Below are positions 1 through 7,680 of a stretch of DNA of 22,690 nucleotides, piece after piece; positions within the stretch are counted from its first letter, which is position 1; the number at the start of each line of letters is the position of its first letter. Source of the DNA: a virus (lineage: Duplodnaviria > Heunggongvirae > Uroviricota > Caudoviricetes); IMG/VR virus record IMGVR_UViG_3300028906_000002; one strand, 5' to 3'. Position numbers and translations under genes: made by a program. A model generated the notes under the pieces. That model saw only the letters and a program-made list of their open reading frames with translations. It searched no databases and had not been told where the DNA came from.

Positions 1-987
1 CCGCAGTCTATGCCGGTTGAGGGCGGAACACTCATGTTCAATGCTGCCGGGCAGAAGGTCTTCATTCCGGAACCGAAGATGGGAACGGTAAAAATTGGTG
101 GTGCGGAGATTCCGACTGTCAGCCATTTCGATCCGGCTTCGGGACGATGGAATACACAAACTCTCGCACCAGGTGGTGGCGTGCAGACCGGGGCACCATC
201 ATCGGACGGCGGCGGTCCGATGCCTCATCCGGCTCAGGCTCAAGGTGGAATAGCCCAACCTGATCTTTCGTCTATCGGAGGCATTCAGGCCGCAGAGGTA
301 GCGCAAGCTGGTGCCAAGAAACAGGCTGAGGAACAGGGCACCACAACCGCCAAAACATTCAATACGATTTACACGGGTGTTACCGGAGACGCCTTTAACG
401 CTGCACGTCAAGCTCCGATCGTCGATGTTTTACAAAGAATCGCTCCAGCCGCACTAACCGGAGCGGGTTCAGATGCAATGCTTGCGTTGAATCGCGTCGC
501 GTCTCAGTTAGGCATTAATCCTGAGGGAGCCGCACCGCGCGAACTTTTCAACCAACTATCTGCTAAGGTTTTGGCCGATCAATTCGCCAATATTCGCAAT
601 ATGAGTACGGAGGAAGGGTCTCCAGGGGGCCGCATTTTCAAATCGATGCTGGATTTGGAAGAAAAGGCAAATATCACTCCTGATGATAGCCTTGCAGGCG
701 TTCAGGCCAAATTGGCTTTCATTAAAAATTCAGGCGATATGTTGCAGCGTTGGGGCAACATGGCAGATGACTACGTGAAAGAGCATGGTGCACTTGATCC
801 AGGATTTATGAAAGCTTTACGTAGCGATATAGCTTCTCAGAAATTCGACAATATCATGCCTGAGGCGGATGCTAGTTCTCCGACCGGAATGAAGACTGCG
901 CCTACCGCGCCAGTATCCAAAGTGATCAACGGCAAGACCTACTATCAAATCAACGGCAAAGTTTACGATAATCCCGAGGGAAAGTAG
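1..987 (+). CDS. Internal virion / DNA ejection-type protein (5' truncated)
   Basis: Frame is open from base 1 (CCG CAG TCT ATG), so the gene starts before the window. Ala/Gly/Gln-rich helical protein ending KVINGKTYYQINGKVY, a C-terminal style common in podovirus internal virion proteins; lies upstream of the tail fibres. Confidence 0.55.
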   Translation, partial: PQSMPVEGGTLMFNAAGQKVFIPEPKMGTVKIGGAEIPTVSHFDPASGRWNTQTLAPGGGVQTGAPSSDGGGPMPHPAQAQGGIAQPDLSSIGGIQAAEVAQAGAKKQAEEQGTTTAKTFNTIYTGVTGDAFNAARQAPIVDVLQRIAPAALTGAGSDAMLALNRVASQLGINPEGAAPRELFNQLSAKVLADQFANIRNMSTEEGSPGGRIFKSMLDLEEKANITPDDSLAGVQAKLAFIKNSGDMLQRWGNMADDYVKEHGALDPGFMKALRSDIASQKFDNIMPEADASSPTGMKTAPTAPVSKVINGKTYYQINGKVYDNPEGK

Positions 988-2778
988 TTGGCCGAAATTA
1001 CGGACCCAGATGTTCTGAAGCAATTTGAGGTGCAGCCTGCCGCAGCGCCTAGTGGGCTCGTGACCGATCCGGAGATTCTGAAGCATTTTGATACTGGGGA
1101 ATCAGATAAGCCATCCGTCGCGGCCGATGTCGCAAAGAGCATTGGCTCTGGGGCGGTTAGCGGCCCCGTCATAGCCGCCGGTACCCCCGGTGACCTCTCC
1201 AATCTGCTCGCTAAGGGCAGCAAGGTTGCGGGAGATTATATCGCCGGAAAGATGGGCTTCGGGCCGAGTCCAGAGATTGCTCCACCGATTCTGCCTACTA
1301 GCGAAGGAATTAAACAGTCCATTGGTAATGAGAATCCCGTTGGACAAGCTATAAATTATGATCCGCAGACGAATTGGGGAAAGCTTGCAAAATCTGGCGC
1401 TGAAACCGCCGCTAATCCGTTTTCCTATCTTGGTCCTGGCGGTGTACTAGCCAAAGGCGCGACGGCTGCTGCTAGTGGAGTCGGATCGGAGGCTGCAACC
1501 GAGGCGACAGAGAACGCTAAGCCTTGGGTGAAAGCTGTTGCGCCATTGGTTGGAGCCATCGCGGGCGGTCACGTCACGAGCCTACCGCGCGTCATCACGC
1601 CAAATGTCATCTCGAATGAGCGGCAGGCAATGATTGATGTCCTGCAACATGAGGGTGTGCCGCTGACGGCTGGAGACCGCACCGGAAATCTCACCATGAA
1701 GGCAGCAGAATCGGAATTGAGCCCCGGGGTAAACGAAGCTCAACGGGATGCCTTCCACCAAGCCGCCTTTAACCGTGTCGGGGAAACGATCGGCGATCGA
1801 CCAATTCAAGGTGCCAACGGTGCCGTTGATACTATGATGAGGCGAGTGGGCCAGCGTTTTGATGATTTAGCATCTCGCAATGATGTAAATTCAGACCCGC
1901 AATTGCGCGCTGAATTGGCTGATATTTACAGAACATATAATGATGTTCCAGGATTGTATCCGCAGGAAACGGTGAATAGTATCAACGGAAGTCTTGGTCG
2001 GGTCCAATCTGCATTTCAACAAGGCGGAACTCTGAGTGGTCCAGAGTATCTAACATTGCGGTCTAATCTCAGGGCCGCAGCAATGGGAGCAACTGACCCA
2101 CAGAGAGCGGAAGGTCTTCACGGCGTAACAAATGCTCTTGATGATGCGATGGATCGATCCATAAACGCGCGTTCAACACGTACTATTACGACAACAAACC
2201 CCGTAACAGGGACGGTTAATCAGACAACTATACAAGTTCCTAATCCTGACGCTGGCGCATTCGCGGATGCACGACGGGATTATCGTAATGCTCTGGTGCT
2301 TCAGCGCTGGGCAGGATCAGCCAACATGACGCCATCAACCTTGGCTCAATCGGCAAAGGCGGTTTACGGCAAGAACCAATACGTTCGCGGAATGGATGAT
2401 TTCTCCGATCTGGCTGAATCTGGCCGTAACGTCATGAAGCAATTTCAGGATAGTGGAACCGCGCGACGATTACAGATCGAAGGTATTCTGAAAGCTCTCG
2501 GTGGCGTTGCTGGCTTTGGTGCTGGGGCTGCCCATGGCGGAACGGCAGGGGCTGCGGAAGGTGGCGTCGCAGGATTGCTGCTCGGAGAATTGGCTGGTCC
2601 TATGATTGCGCGTCCGGCTGCCCGTGCTGCGCTAATGAATCCGGTCACACAGGCCGCACTCGCCAACCAACTTGCTCCCTATCGGTTTGGAACGTCACCG
2701 AGTACGATAGCGCTTATGAATGCGATTAGGGGCGGACAGACTCCGCAGATTCCTGCGCAGAACGGACAGCGGCAATGA
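988..2778 (+). CDS. Internal virion / DNA ejection-type protein, 596 aa
   Basis: TTG start directly after the previous TAG, GAGGG at 976-980. N-terminal duplicated motif ITDPDVLKQF / VTDPEILKHF; Gly/Ala-rich hydrophobic segments (GGVAGFGAGAAHGG); position typical of P22/T7-like ejection genes. Function inferred from composition and synteny. Confidence 0.55.
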   Translation: MAEITDPDVLKQFEVQPAAAPSGLVTDPEILKHFDTGESDKPSVAADVAKSIGSGAVSGPVIAAGTPGDLSNLLAKGSKVAGDYIAGKMGFGPSPEIAPPILPTSEGIKQSIGNENPVGQAINYDPQTNWGKLAKSGAETAANPFSYLGPGGVLAKGATAAASGVGSEAATEATENAKPWVKAVAPLVGAIAGGHVTSLPRVITPNVISNERQAMIDVLQHEGVPLTAGDRTGNLTMKAAESELSPGVNEAQRDAFHQAAFNRVGETIGDRPIQGANGAVDTMMRRVGQRFDDLASRNDVNSDPQLRAELADIYRTYNDVPGLYPQETVNSINGSLGRVQSAFQQGGTLSGPEYLTLRSNLRAAAMGATDPQRAEGLHGVTNALDDAMDRSINARSTRTITTTNPVTGTVNQTTIQVPNPDAGAFADARRDYRNALVLQRWAGSANMTPSTLAQSAKAVYGKNQYVRGMDDFSDLAESGRNVMKQFQDSGTARRLQIEGILKALGGVAGFGAGAAHGGTAGAAEGGVAGLLLGELAGPMIARPAARAALMNPVTQAALANQLAPYRFGTSPSTIALMNAIRGGQTPQIPAQNGQRQ

Positions 2779-2780
2779 GA

Positions 2781-3365
2781 CTATTTCAGATGCTTCCAAC
2801 GTTCCCGAGATCGAATTCGGCTTATGGCAGGTTGATGCACGCCAAAACGCTTAGCAAGCGCTGTGCTTGTTTCTTGAGAGTTTCGTATTTCATAGATTTC
2901 TTCATCAGTAAACTTAGCATGTCCGTTTCTCATGCCACGAGCATGTCGATCTTTTTCTATACAATCTTCAATATTTCTAGCATTAGTCCCGGGGAAAAGG
3001 TGCAATGGATTTACGCATGGAGGATTATCGCATGTGTGACAAATATCCATCCCTTTTGGAATTGGCCCTTTGTGAACTTGGTAAGAAATTCGGTGGGCTC
3101 TGTGGTGTTGAGAATAGCCCTTTCCCTTAAATTCTGTCGTGATAATCCCGTAGTTATGTGTTCCGCCCTGTCGCGCTCCCGGCCATTCCATACATCCTTT
3201 TTCTGTAGGAACAATCCTGTTGAAAAAGTCCATGAATCGATCTTCAAGTGGTCGTTTCTTTGTCGCATGTTGCAGAAGTGTTCCGAGGCGACGATGACGA
3301 TAATAGCATGGCTTACAAAAACCACGTGCGGCCACGGCTGGCGCGTTACAGTCACGACAAGGCAT
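2781..3365 (-). CDS. HNH homing endonuclease (HNH_3 type) with N-terminal Cys cluster and C-terminal HTH
   Basis: DICHTCDNPPCVNPLHLFPGTNARN motif, N-terminal CRDC...FCKPC, C-terminal AKFTDEEIYEIR...LAKRFGVHQPAISRIR. Start placed at ATG 3365 (AGGA + 5 nt); ORF track start is 3398. Confidence 0.9.
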   Translation of the reverse strand: MPCRDCNAPAVAARGFCKPCYYRHRRLGTLLQHATKKRPLEDRFMDFFNRIVPTEKGCMEWPGARQGGTHNYGIITTEFKGKGYSQHHRAHRISYQVHKGPIPKGMDICHTCDNPPCVNPLHLFPGTNARNIEDCIEKDRHARGMRNGHAKFTDEEIYEIRNSQETSTALAKRFGVHQPAISRIRSRERWKHLK

Positions 3366-3431
3366 GATGTTCCTATCCATAAAACGTGCAAGGAACATAT
3401 AAGACTTTTTGATGTAAAATCAAGTAAAATG

Positions 3432-3444
3432 GGAGGGTGTCACG
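3432..3444 (+). promoter_or_regulatory. Shine-Dalgarno GGAGG + 5 nt + putative ACG start codon
   Basis: GGAGG 3432-3436, spacer GTGTC, ACG 3442-3444 followed by P-R-G-S-N-G-V-Y-S-L-P; in-frame TAA at 3415-3417. Confidence 0.7.
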
Positions 3445-4344
3445 CCTAGAGGTTCGAACGGCGTTTACAGCTTGCCAGTTGCCGCGTTTGTTCCCGGCGG
3501 ACTGATTAAGTCCTCCGATAATAATACAATCAACAACGACCTAGCCACTGCGCTAACACAATCGCTAGCGACCACTGGCGTATCGACAATGACGGGGCAA
3601 CTTGTTGGGTCCGCTGGCCTCGTTACGGCACCAGGATACACGTTCAGCGGCGCGCCAAAGACGGGATTTTTCCTTGCTGGCGCAAATCAAATCGGATGGG
3701 CGGCGAATGGTGTCCAAGGCGCAACGTTCAATGCTGATACTTCCATCACATTTGCAGGAACAATTTCGGCAGCAAAAGGAACGATTCCAGTTGGTGCCGT
3801 GATGGATTATGCTGGCGGCGCTGCTTCTATCCCGTTGCCACCTGGTTGGTTGCTATGCTTTGGGCAGCAAGTATCGACGACAACCTATGCAGCATTGTTT
3901 GCTGTGCTTGGAAACCTGTACGGAGCAGGTGTCGGAACATTCGGCATTCCTGATTATCGTGGTCGAGCCACATACGGCCAAGACAATATGGGTGGATCGG
4001 CGGCGAACCGGATCACGATTGCTGGTCTTAACTTCGATGGTACTATACTTGGGAATGTAGGTGGAAATCAAAACCACACGCTTACAACTGCTGAATTAGC
4101 CGCTCATAATCATGGGATTACTGATCCGGGTCATAATCATACCACATCAACTCCTGTTCCTGGAGGTGGCTCTTCCTTCGAAACATGGAACACAAGCAGC
4201 CTTGCAACAGGCGCTACTTTGGGAGGACCAAATACAGGTAGTTCAACGACAGGAATCACCATCAACAATGCGGGCAGCGGAAATGCTCATACGATTCTGA
4301 GTCCAGCCATCATTACCAACAAAATTATTTTTGCAGGGGTTTAG
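3442..4344 (+). CDS. Tail fibre protein with phage tail collar domain, about 300 aa
   Basis: Collar motif IPVGAVMDYAG...GWLLCFGQQVSTTTYAALFAVLG..YGAG..TFGIPDYRGR; HxH motifs AHNH and GHNH; N-terminal tail anchor (M)PRGSNGVYSLP...DLATALTQS. ORF track starts at TTG 3472, which has no SD; ACG 3442 proposed. Confidence 0.9.
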   Translation, partial: TPRGSNGVYSLPVAAFVPGGLIKSSDNNTINNDLATALTQSLATTGVSTMTGQLVGSAGLVTAPGYTFSGAPKTGFFLAGANQIGWAANGVQGATFNADTSITFAGTISAAKGTIPVGAVMDYAGGAASIPLPPGWLLCFGQQVSTTTYAALFAVLGNLYGAGVGTFGIPDYRGRATYGQDNMGGSAANRITIAGLNFDGTILGNVGGNQNHTLTTAELAAHNHGITDPGHNHTTSTPVPGGGSSFETWNTSSLATGATLGGPNTGSSTTGITINNAGSGNAHTILSPAIITNKIIFAGV

Positions 4345-4348
4345 TTAT

Positions 4349-4483
4349 ATGCCATTCAACTGGACTCCAGAGAAATATAAACAATCACGTGAATGGCATG
4401 CAAATTATTTACGTCAGTGGAATGGGCCAGAGATAATCTGCTCAAGAGCAATAAGACATAGGAGGCGGATATTCCATTCGTAG
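4349..4483 (+). CDS. Small 44-aa ORF MPFNWTPEKYKQSREWHANYLRQWN..., possible endonuclease remnant or overlapping uORF
   Basis: Translated by hand: ATG 4349 to TAG 4481-4483, AGGGG upstream; overlaps the SD and start of the next gene in another frame. Confidence 0.3.
   Translation: MPFNWTPEKYKQSREWHANYLRQWNGPEIICSRAIRHRRRIFHS
4461..4473 (+). promoter_or_regulatory. Shine-Dalgarno GGAGG + 5 nt + putative ATT start codon
   Basis: GGAGG 4461-4465, spacer CGGAT, ATT 4471-4473; in-frame TAG at 4459-4461 caps the ORF, and no in-frame ATG/GTG/TTG occurs until 4534. Confidence 0.7.
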
Positions 4484-5622
4484 GAAATCAATACATCCCG
4501 GTCGCAGGTGCCATCACAGCCGCCCCAGGTCAGGTGCTGCAGTCGGCAATTTGGGATAATATCAACACAGATATTGCGGCGGCTCTAACGCAATTAGCAA
4601 CGCAAGCCAATACGACGCCAACATGGTCGAATATTCTGGCCCCGAACGGCGGATTTGCGATTTGGCAGCGCGGGGCGGGAGCGAATGCGAGTTTTTCGGT
4701 TAACGCCTCGACGACGCAATACACGGCGGATCGTTGGTACATCATCACGGGGGCAAATCAGGCTACCGTTGTAGCGGCGGCAACCGGATTGACTGGTGCT
4801 GCTCCACCAGCACATGCCTGCAAGATTACGCGGACCGCAGCGCAAACCGGAATTACGGCTTACACATTCGGCTATCCATTGACTGCCGATGAAGTCTACC
4901 GCCTGAGAGGACAACAGGTATCATTCAGTGGTGCGGCCAAATCTGGGGCGAATTGGTCGCCGGCACTCGGCGCTTTCACCATCAGCCTTTTGGTCGGAAC
5001 CGGAACGGCTCAGAAGGCCGGCGTGGCTGGCGCTAACTTCTCTGGTTTGTCTACCCCGCTCACAATCACAACCGATCTTGCGGCAGGCGCGACCAATACT
5101 TCGATCACAGGGACAAGCGCGGCAATAGTTCCAATCACGTCAACACAAGGCGAAATTCAGGTAACGTGGACTCCAGTAGGAACGGCTGGAACCGATGACA
5201 GCCTGACGCTCGATCAGTTCTGCCTCGTGGCAGGCGCGATCGTGCAATCATTCGAGGATTTGCCGTTCGATACTTGCTTGCGGGAATGCAAAAAGTTTTT
5301 CCGAAAATCGTTCAACTACAATGTTGCACCGGCTCAGAATGCGGGGAATGGGGGTGCCATTGGCGCATGGTCTCAAGCAGTAGCTAGACTTGGAATATAT
5401 GTTAATCTGGAACCTATCGAAATGTATGTAACGGCTGCGGTCACAACATATCAACCTAATGGCGCATCAGCCAATTGGTCCAATGCAACTAGTGGCGCAA
5501 GTTCAGCACCGACACTTGATGGTACAGTTTCGTCAGGCAAAGGGTTTACGATATTGACGGCAACAGTTAGCAATGTAGATAATTACCTGTTCATCCACTA
5601 CACGGCTGACGCGCCTTTGTAG
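4471..5622 (+). CDS. Second tail fibre / receptor-binding protein with carbohydrate-binding-like domain, about 383 aa
   Basis: N-terminal anchor (M)PFVGNQYIPVAGA...DIAAALTQ is homologous to the first fibre; NGGFAIWQRG...YTADRW and FEDLPFDTCLRECKKFFRKS motifs are typical of phage tail proteins; Thr/Ala/Gly-rich. ORF track start is GTG 4534. Confidence 0.8.
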   Translation: MPFVGNQYIPVAGAITAAPGQVLQSAIWDNINTDIAAALTQLATQANTTPTWSNILAPNGGFAIWQRGAGANASFSVNASTTQYTADRWYIITGANQATVVAAATGLTGAAPPAHACKITRTAAQTGITAYTFGYPLTADEVYRLRGQQVSFSGAAKSGANWSPALGAFTISLLVGTGTAQKAGVAGANFSGLSTPLTITTDLAAGATNTSITGTSAAIVPITSTQGEIQVTWTPVGTAGTDDSLTLDQFCLVAGAIVQSFEDLPFDTCLRECKKFFRKSFNYNVAPAQNAGNGGAIGAWSQAVARLGIYVNLEPIEMYVTAAVTTYQPNGASANWSNATSGASSAPTLDGTVSSGKGFTILTATVSNVDNYLFIHYTADAPL

Positions 5623-5624
5623 AT

Positions 5625-5915
5625 TCAGATCATCTCGTGCGCGATGCTGGCCCATTCCAGCCACCCAGCAAGGTTGATCTGGCTATAATATTCTGAGCGG
5701 CGATCGATGCCTTCATGAGGACAATAGATTTCCTCTGCTAGAAGAGCATCTACCATGAAGTCTTCGAACATGGGCGAATAGGCTTGATTACCGGAGATTT
5801 TCAAAGCATCCCATTTCGCGACGATATTTTCGACTGCATTGGGCGTAAAAACGCAGTCTTTCGGATGATTGCGGATAGTGGTTCTGGCAATCTCAGCGAC
5901 GTAGGGATGATTCAT
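5625..5915 (-). CDS. Hypothetical protein, 96 aa
   Basis: ATGA overlap with the methyltransferase stop at 5912-5915; last gene of the leftward operon. Confidence 0.65.
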   Translation of the reverse strand: MNHPYVAEIARTTIRNHPKDCVFTPNAVENIVAKWDALKISGNQAYSPMFEDFMVDALLAEEIYCPHEGIDRRSEYYSQINLAGWLEWASIAHEMI

Positions 5916-6625
5916 GCTTGCGCCTTTTCGAAAAGCCAAAGCGTAACGTCATCGAGCCCAGTCGTTCGCCTCCACGCGAACTGACATGCAAGGATTTTGA
6001 GCGTCGGAAACTGCGCCAACCAAGCTTCACCCCAGTCCCGACGCCAGAGCATCCCGGATTGCCCGCGATACGTTATTTCCTCCGGAACATGGTTGAAATA
6101 CTCGATCGACAGTATCCAGCGCTTGGACACGCGGTAAATCTCCGACAGTGCGCGAGGCAAATCAGCCGGCGAAACGTGAATCAGCACCCCGGACGTAAAC
6201 ACCATATCGGCAGCATCGTCCGCATAGGGCAATTGGGATAGATCGCCTGGCAGTACGGTCGCAACATCGGCCATAGCCTTGCGGGCAGCCTCGTTCGGAT
6301 CGCAGGACATGAGCTTGATTGGCTGGCGTGACCTCTCATAGATCATATCGATGGCGCGGAGGTTATCCCCGCATCCACCGCCAACCTCAATCACCGATGC
6401 CGGGAAGGGCTGTGCAGACGGACTAGCCTTGTTTGCATTCTCCATGGCTTGGAAAATGTCGCCGAATAGACGGGAGCGGTTCTTGATGGATTCCCAATTG
6501 CTGGCGCATCGCTGCTGATAGGCGTCGCCGAACGCCCCAGACCATTCATCAATGGGAACGCCGCCGACGTACATTTTGACTTTCGTATCCGGAGTAACTA
6601 TCGAGGCCTTAGTGCCGCGTGGCAT
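5912..6625 (-). CDS. Pseudaminic acid biosynthesis-associated SAM methyltransferase
   Basis: WSGAFGDAYQQR, SAM motif VIEVGGGCGDNL, MVFTSGVLIHV, IEYFNHVPEEITYRGQSGMLWRRDWG match the Pse-associated methylase pattern; context supports it. Confidence 0.85.
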   Translation of the reverse strand: MPRGTKASIVTPDTKVKMYVGGVPIDEWSGAFGDAYQQRCASNWESIKNRSRLFGDIFQAMENANKASPSAQPFPASVIEVGGGCGDNLRAIDMIYERSRQPIKLMSCDPNEAARKAMADVATVLPGDLSQLPYADDAADMVFTSGVLIHVSPADLPRALSEIYRVSKRWILSIEYFNHVPEEITYRGQSGMLWRRDWGEAWLAQFPTLKILACQFAWRRTTGLDDVTLWLFEKAQA

Positions 6626-7268
6626 TGTTCGGAATCTCCATGAGTTCGGCCTTGGCCAGCATCTTCTCTAATCGCTCAATATCCGAAGGTACGTCGACGC
6701 AAAGGTTCAATCCGGAACGATCAACCTTTTGCTGAACATTTGCACGCCTAATGCCTCGTGTTTTTTGCATCCAGATTGTAGTATGCTCACGATAATGGGG
6801 TGCCTTGGCCTTGATATGCGCGGCCTCAAGACAATCATACGAGAATGCCTCGACATCGAAGCCCTTCGGATATGTCCGTTTCGGAAACACGTTGGAGCAA
6901 TAGTCCAGATTTTCGGCCTTGAGTAGCGCTAGCACCTCGCCAGCTACGACCGGATCAACAAATGGGCTGTCGCCTGTAATCCTGACGATAGTATCAACAC
7001 CATACATCGTGGCCGCGTCGAAATAGCGGCCTAAAACATCGTCCTCTGAGCCGCTGGCGCATGCTATTCCGAGTGAGTTGCAAAGCTGATAGATCGGGAT
7101 TGAGGAATCATTGGCTGGGAAGGCTACAACGATGGTGTCCACGAATGGTACAAGCTTTGCCCGCTCTATGACGCGCTCAAGCACTGGCTTGCCGGCGAGC
7201 GGCATCAGGACTTTGCCGGGCAATCGTTTGCTCGTCATTCTCGCCTGGATAATTATGCCGGTTGTGAT
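6609..7268 (-). CDS. spsF: Acylneuraminate cytidylyltransferase family (SpsF/PseF-like), about 219 aa
   Basis: IIQARMTSKRLPGKVL, GSEDDVLGRY, VRITGDSPFVDP, YPKGFDVE, REHTT, LCVDVPSD motifs. Proposed ATC start at 7268 (GGAGG + 5 nt, TGATC overlap); ORF track ATG is 7316. Confidence 0.92.
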   Translation of the reverse strand: MTTGIIIQARMTSKRLPGKVLMPLAGKPVLERVIERAKLVPFVDTIVVAFPANDSSIPIYQLCNSLGIACASGSEDDVLGRYFDAATMYGVDTIVRITGDSPFVDPVVAGEVLALLKAENLDYCSNVFPKRTYPKGFDVEAFSYDCLEAAHIKAKAPHYREHTTIWMQKTRGIRRANVQQKVDRSGLNLCVDVPSDIERLEKMLAKAELMEIPNNATRH

Positions 7269-7278
7269 CAGAACCTCC
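7266..7278 (-). promoter_or_regulatory. Shine-Dalgarno GGAGG + 5 nt + putative ATC start overlapping the upstream TGA
   Basis: Minus strand GGAGG-TTCTG-ATC-ACA-ACC-GGC-ATA-ATT-ATC-CAG-GCG-AGA-ATG; TGA of the upstream gene overlaps as TGATC. Confidence 0.6.
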
Positions 7279-7444
7279 CCTTGAATGGCATCGTCGGTAT
7301 CGGTCTGTTTAGCCATTCCTCGCGTTCTATCTTCTGTCGCTCTATGATGCGCCGTGCTCTATCTCGTGTGCTGTGATCTTCTTGGCCAAGTCGATAGCCC
7401 CATGTCTGGACGAGATGATCAATTTCTTTTTCAATATCGTTCAT
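7268..7444 (-). CDS. Hypothetical phage protein, 58 aa (MNDIEKEI...)
   Basis: TGATG overlap at 7442-7446 with the upstream gene; ORF track start is 7504. Confidence 0.6.
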   Translation of the reverse strand: MNDIEKEIDHLVQTWGYRLGQEDHSTRDRARRIIERQKIEREEWLNRPIPTMPFKGRF

Positions 7445-7680
7445 CACGTCACCGCATATGCAAATGGACAGTTCGGCGCATGCAATATCGCGAACTTTCC
7501 GCACGTGCAGCGCGTTTCATTCGGGTGCAGCATTCGATCAAGCTTATCCAATTCAGCCTGTAGATTGAACGGACATGGCTTCTCAACCAGCGCTCCGAGC
7601 GGAGTATCGTGAGCATCCATGCCAGTTAGGCGAGTAATTGTTTCGGCGGCAGCATCCGTTACTAAGAGATATTTTTTCAT
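7444..7680 (-). CDS. Hypothetical phage protein, 78 aa, C-terminal CTC...H...CP
   Basis: ATGA overlap at 7677-7680. Confidence 0.65.
   Translation of the reverse strand: MKKYLLVTDAAAETITRLTGMDAHDTPLGALVEKPCPFNLQAELDKLDRMLHPNETRCTCGKFAILHAPNCPFAYAVT

Noticed and set aside
2775-3449. 224-aa plus-strand ORF
   Set aside because: Antisense shadow of the HNH gene, which has clear motifs; no recognisable features of its own.
4222-4234. GGAGG + 5 nt + ATA inside the first tail fibre gene
   Set aside because: Arises from Gly-Gly codons, is out of frame and leads to a short featureless ORF; chance match.
6071-6083. GGAGG + 5 nt + in-frame ACG inside the methyltransferase gene (minus strand)
   Set aside because: Falls within the conserved PEEITYRG motif near the C-terminus; a chance match that shows the pattern alone is not proof of initiation.
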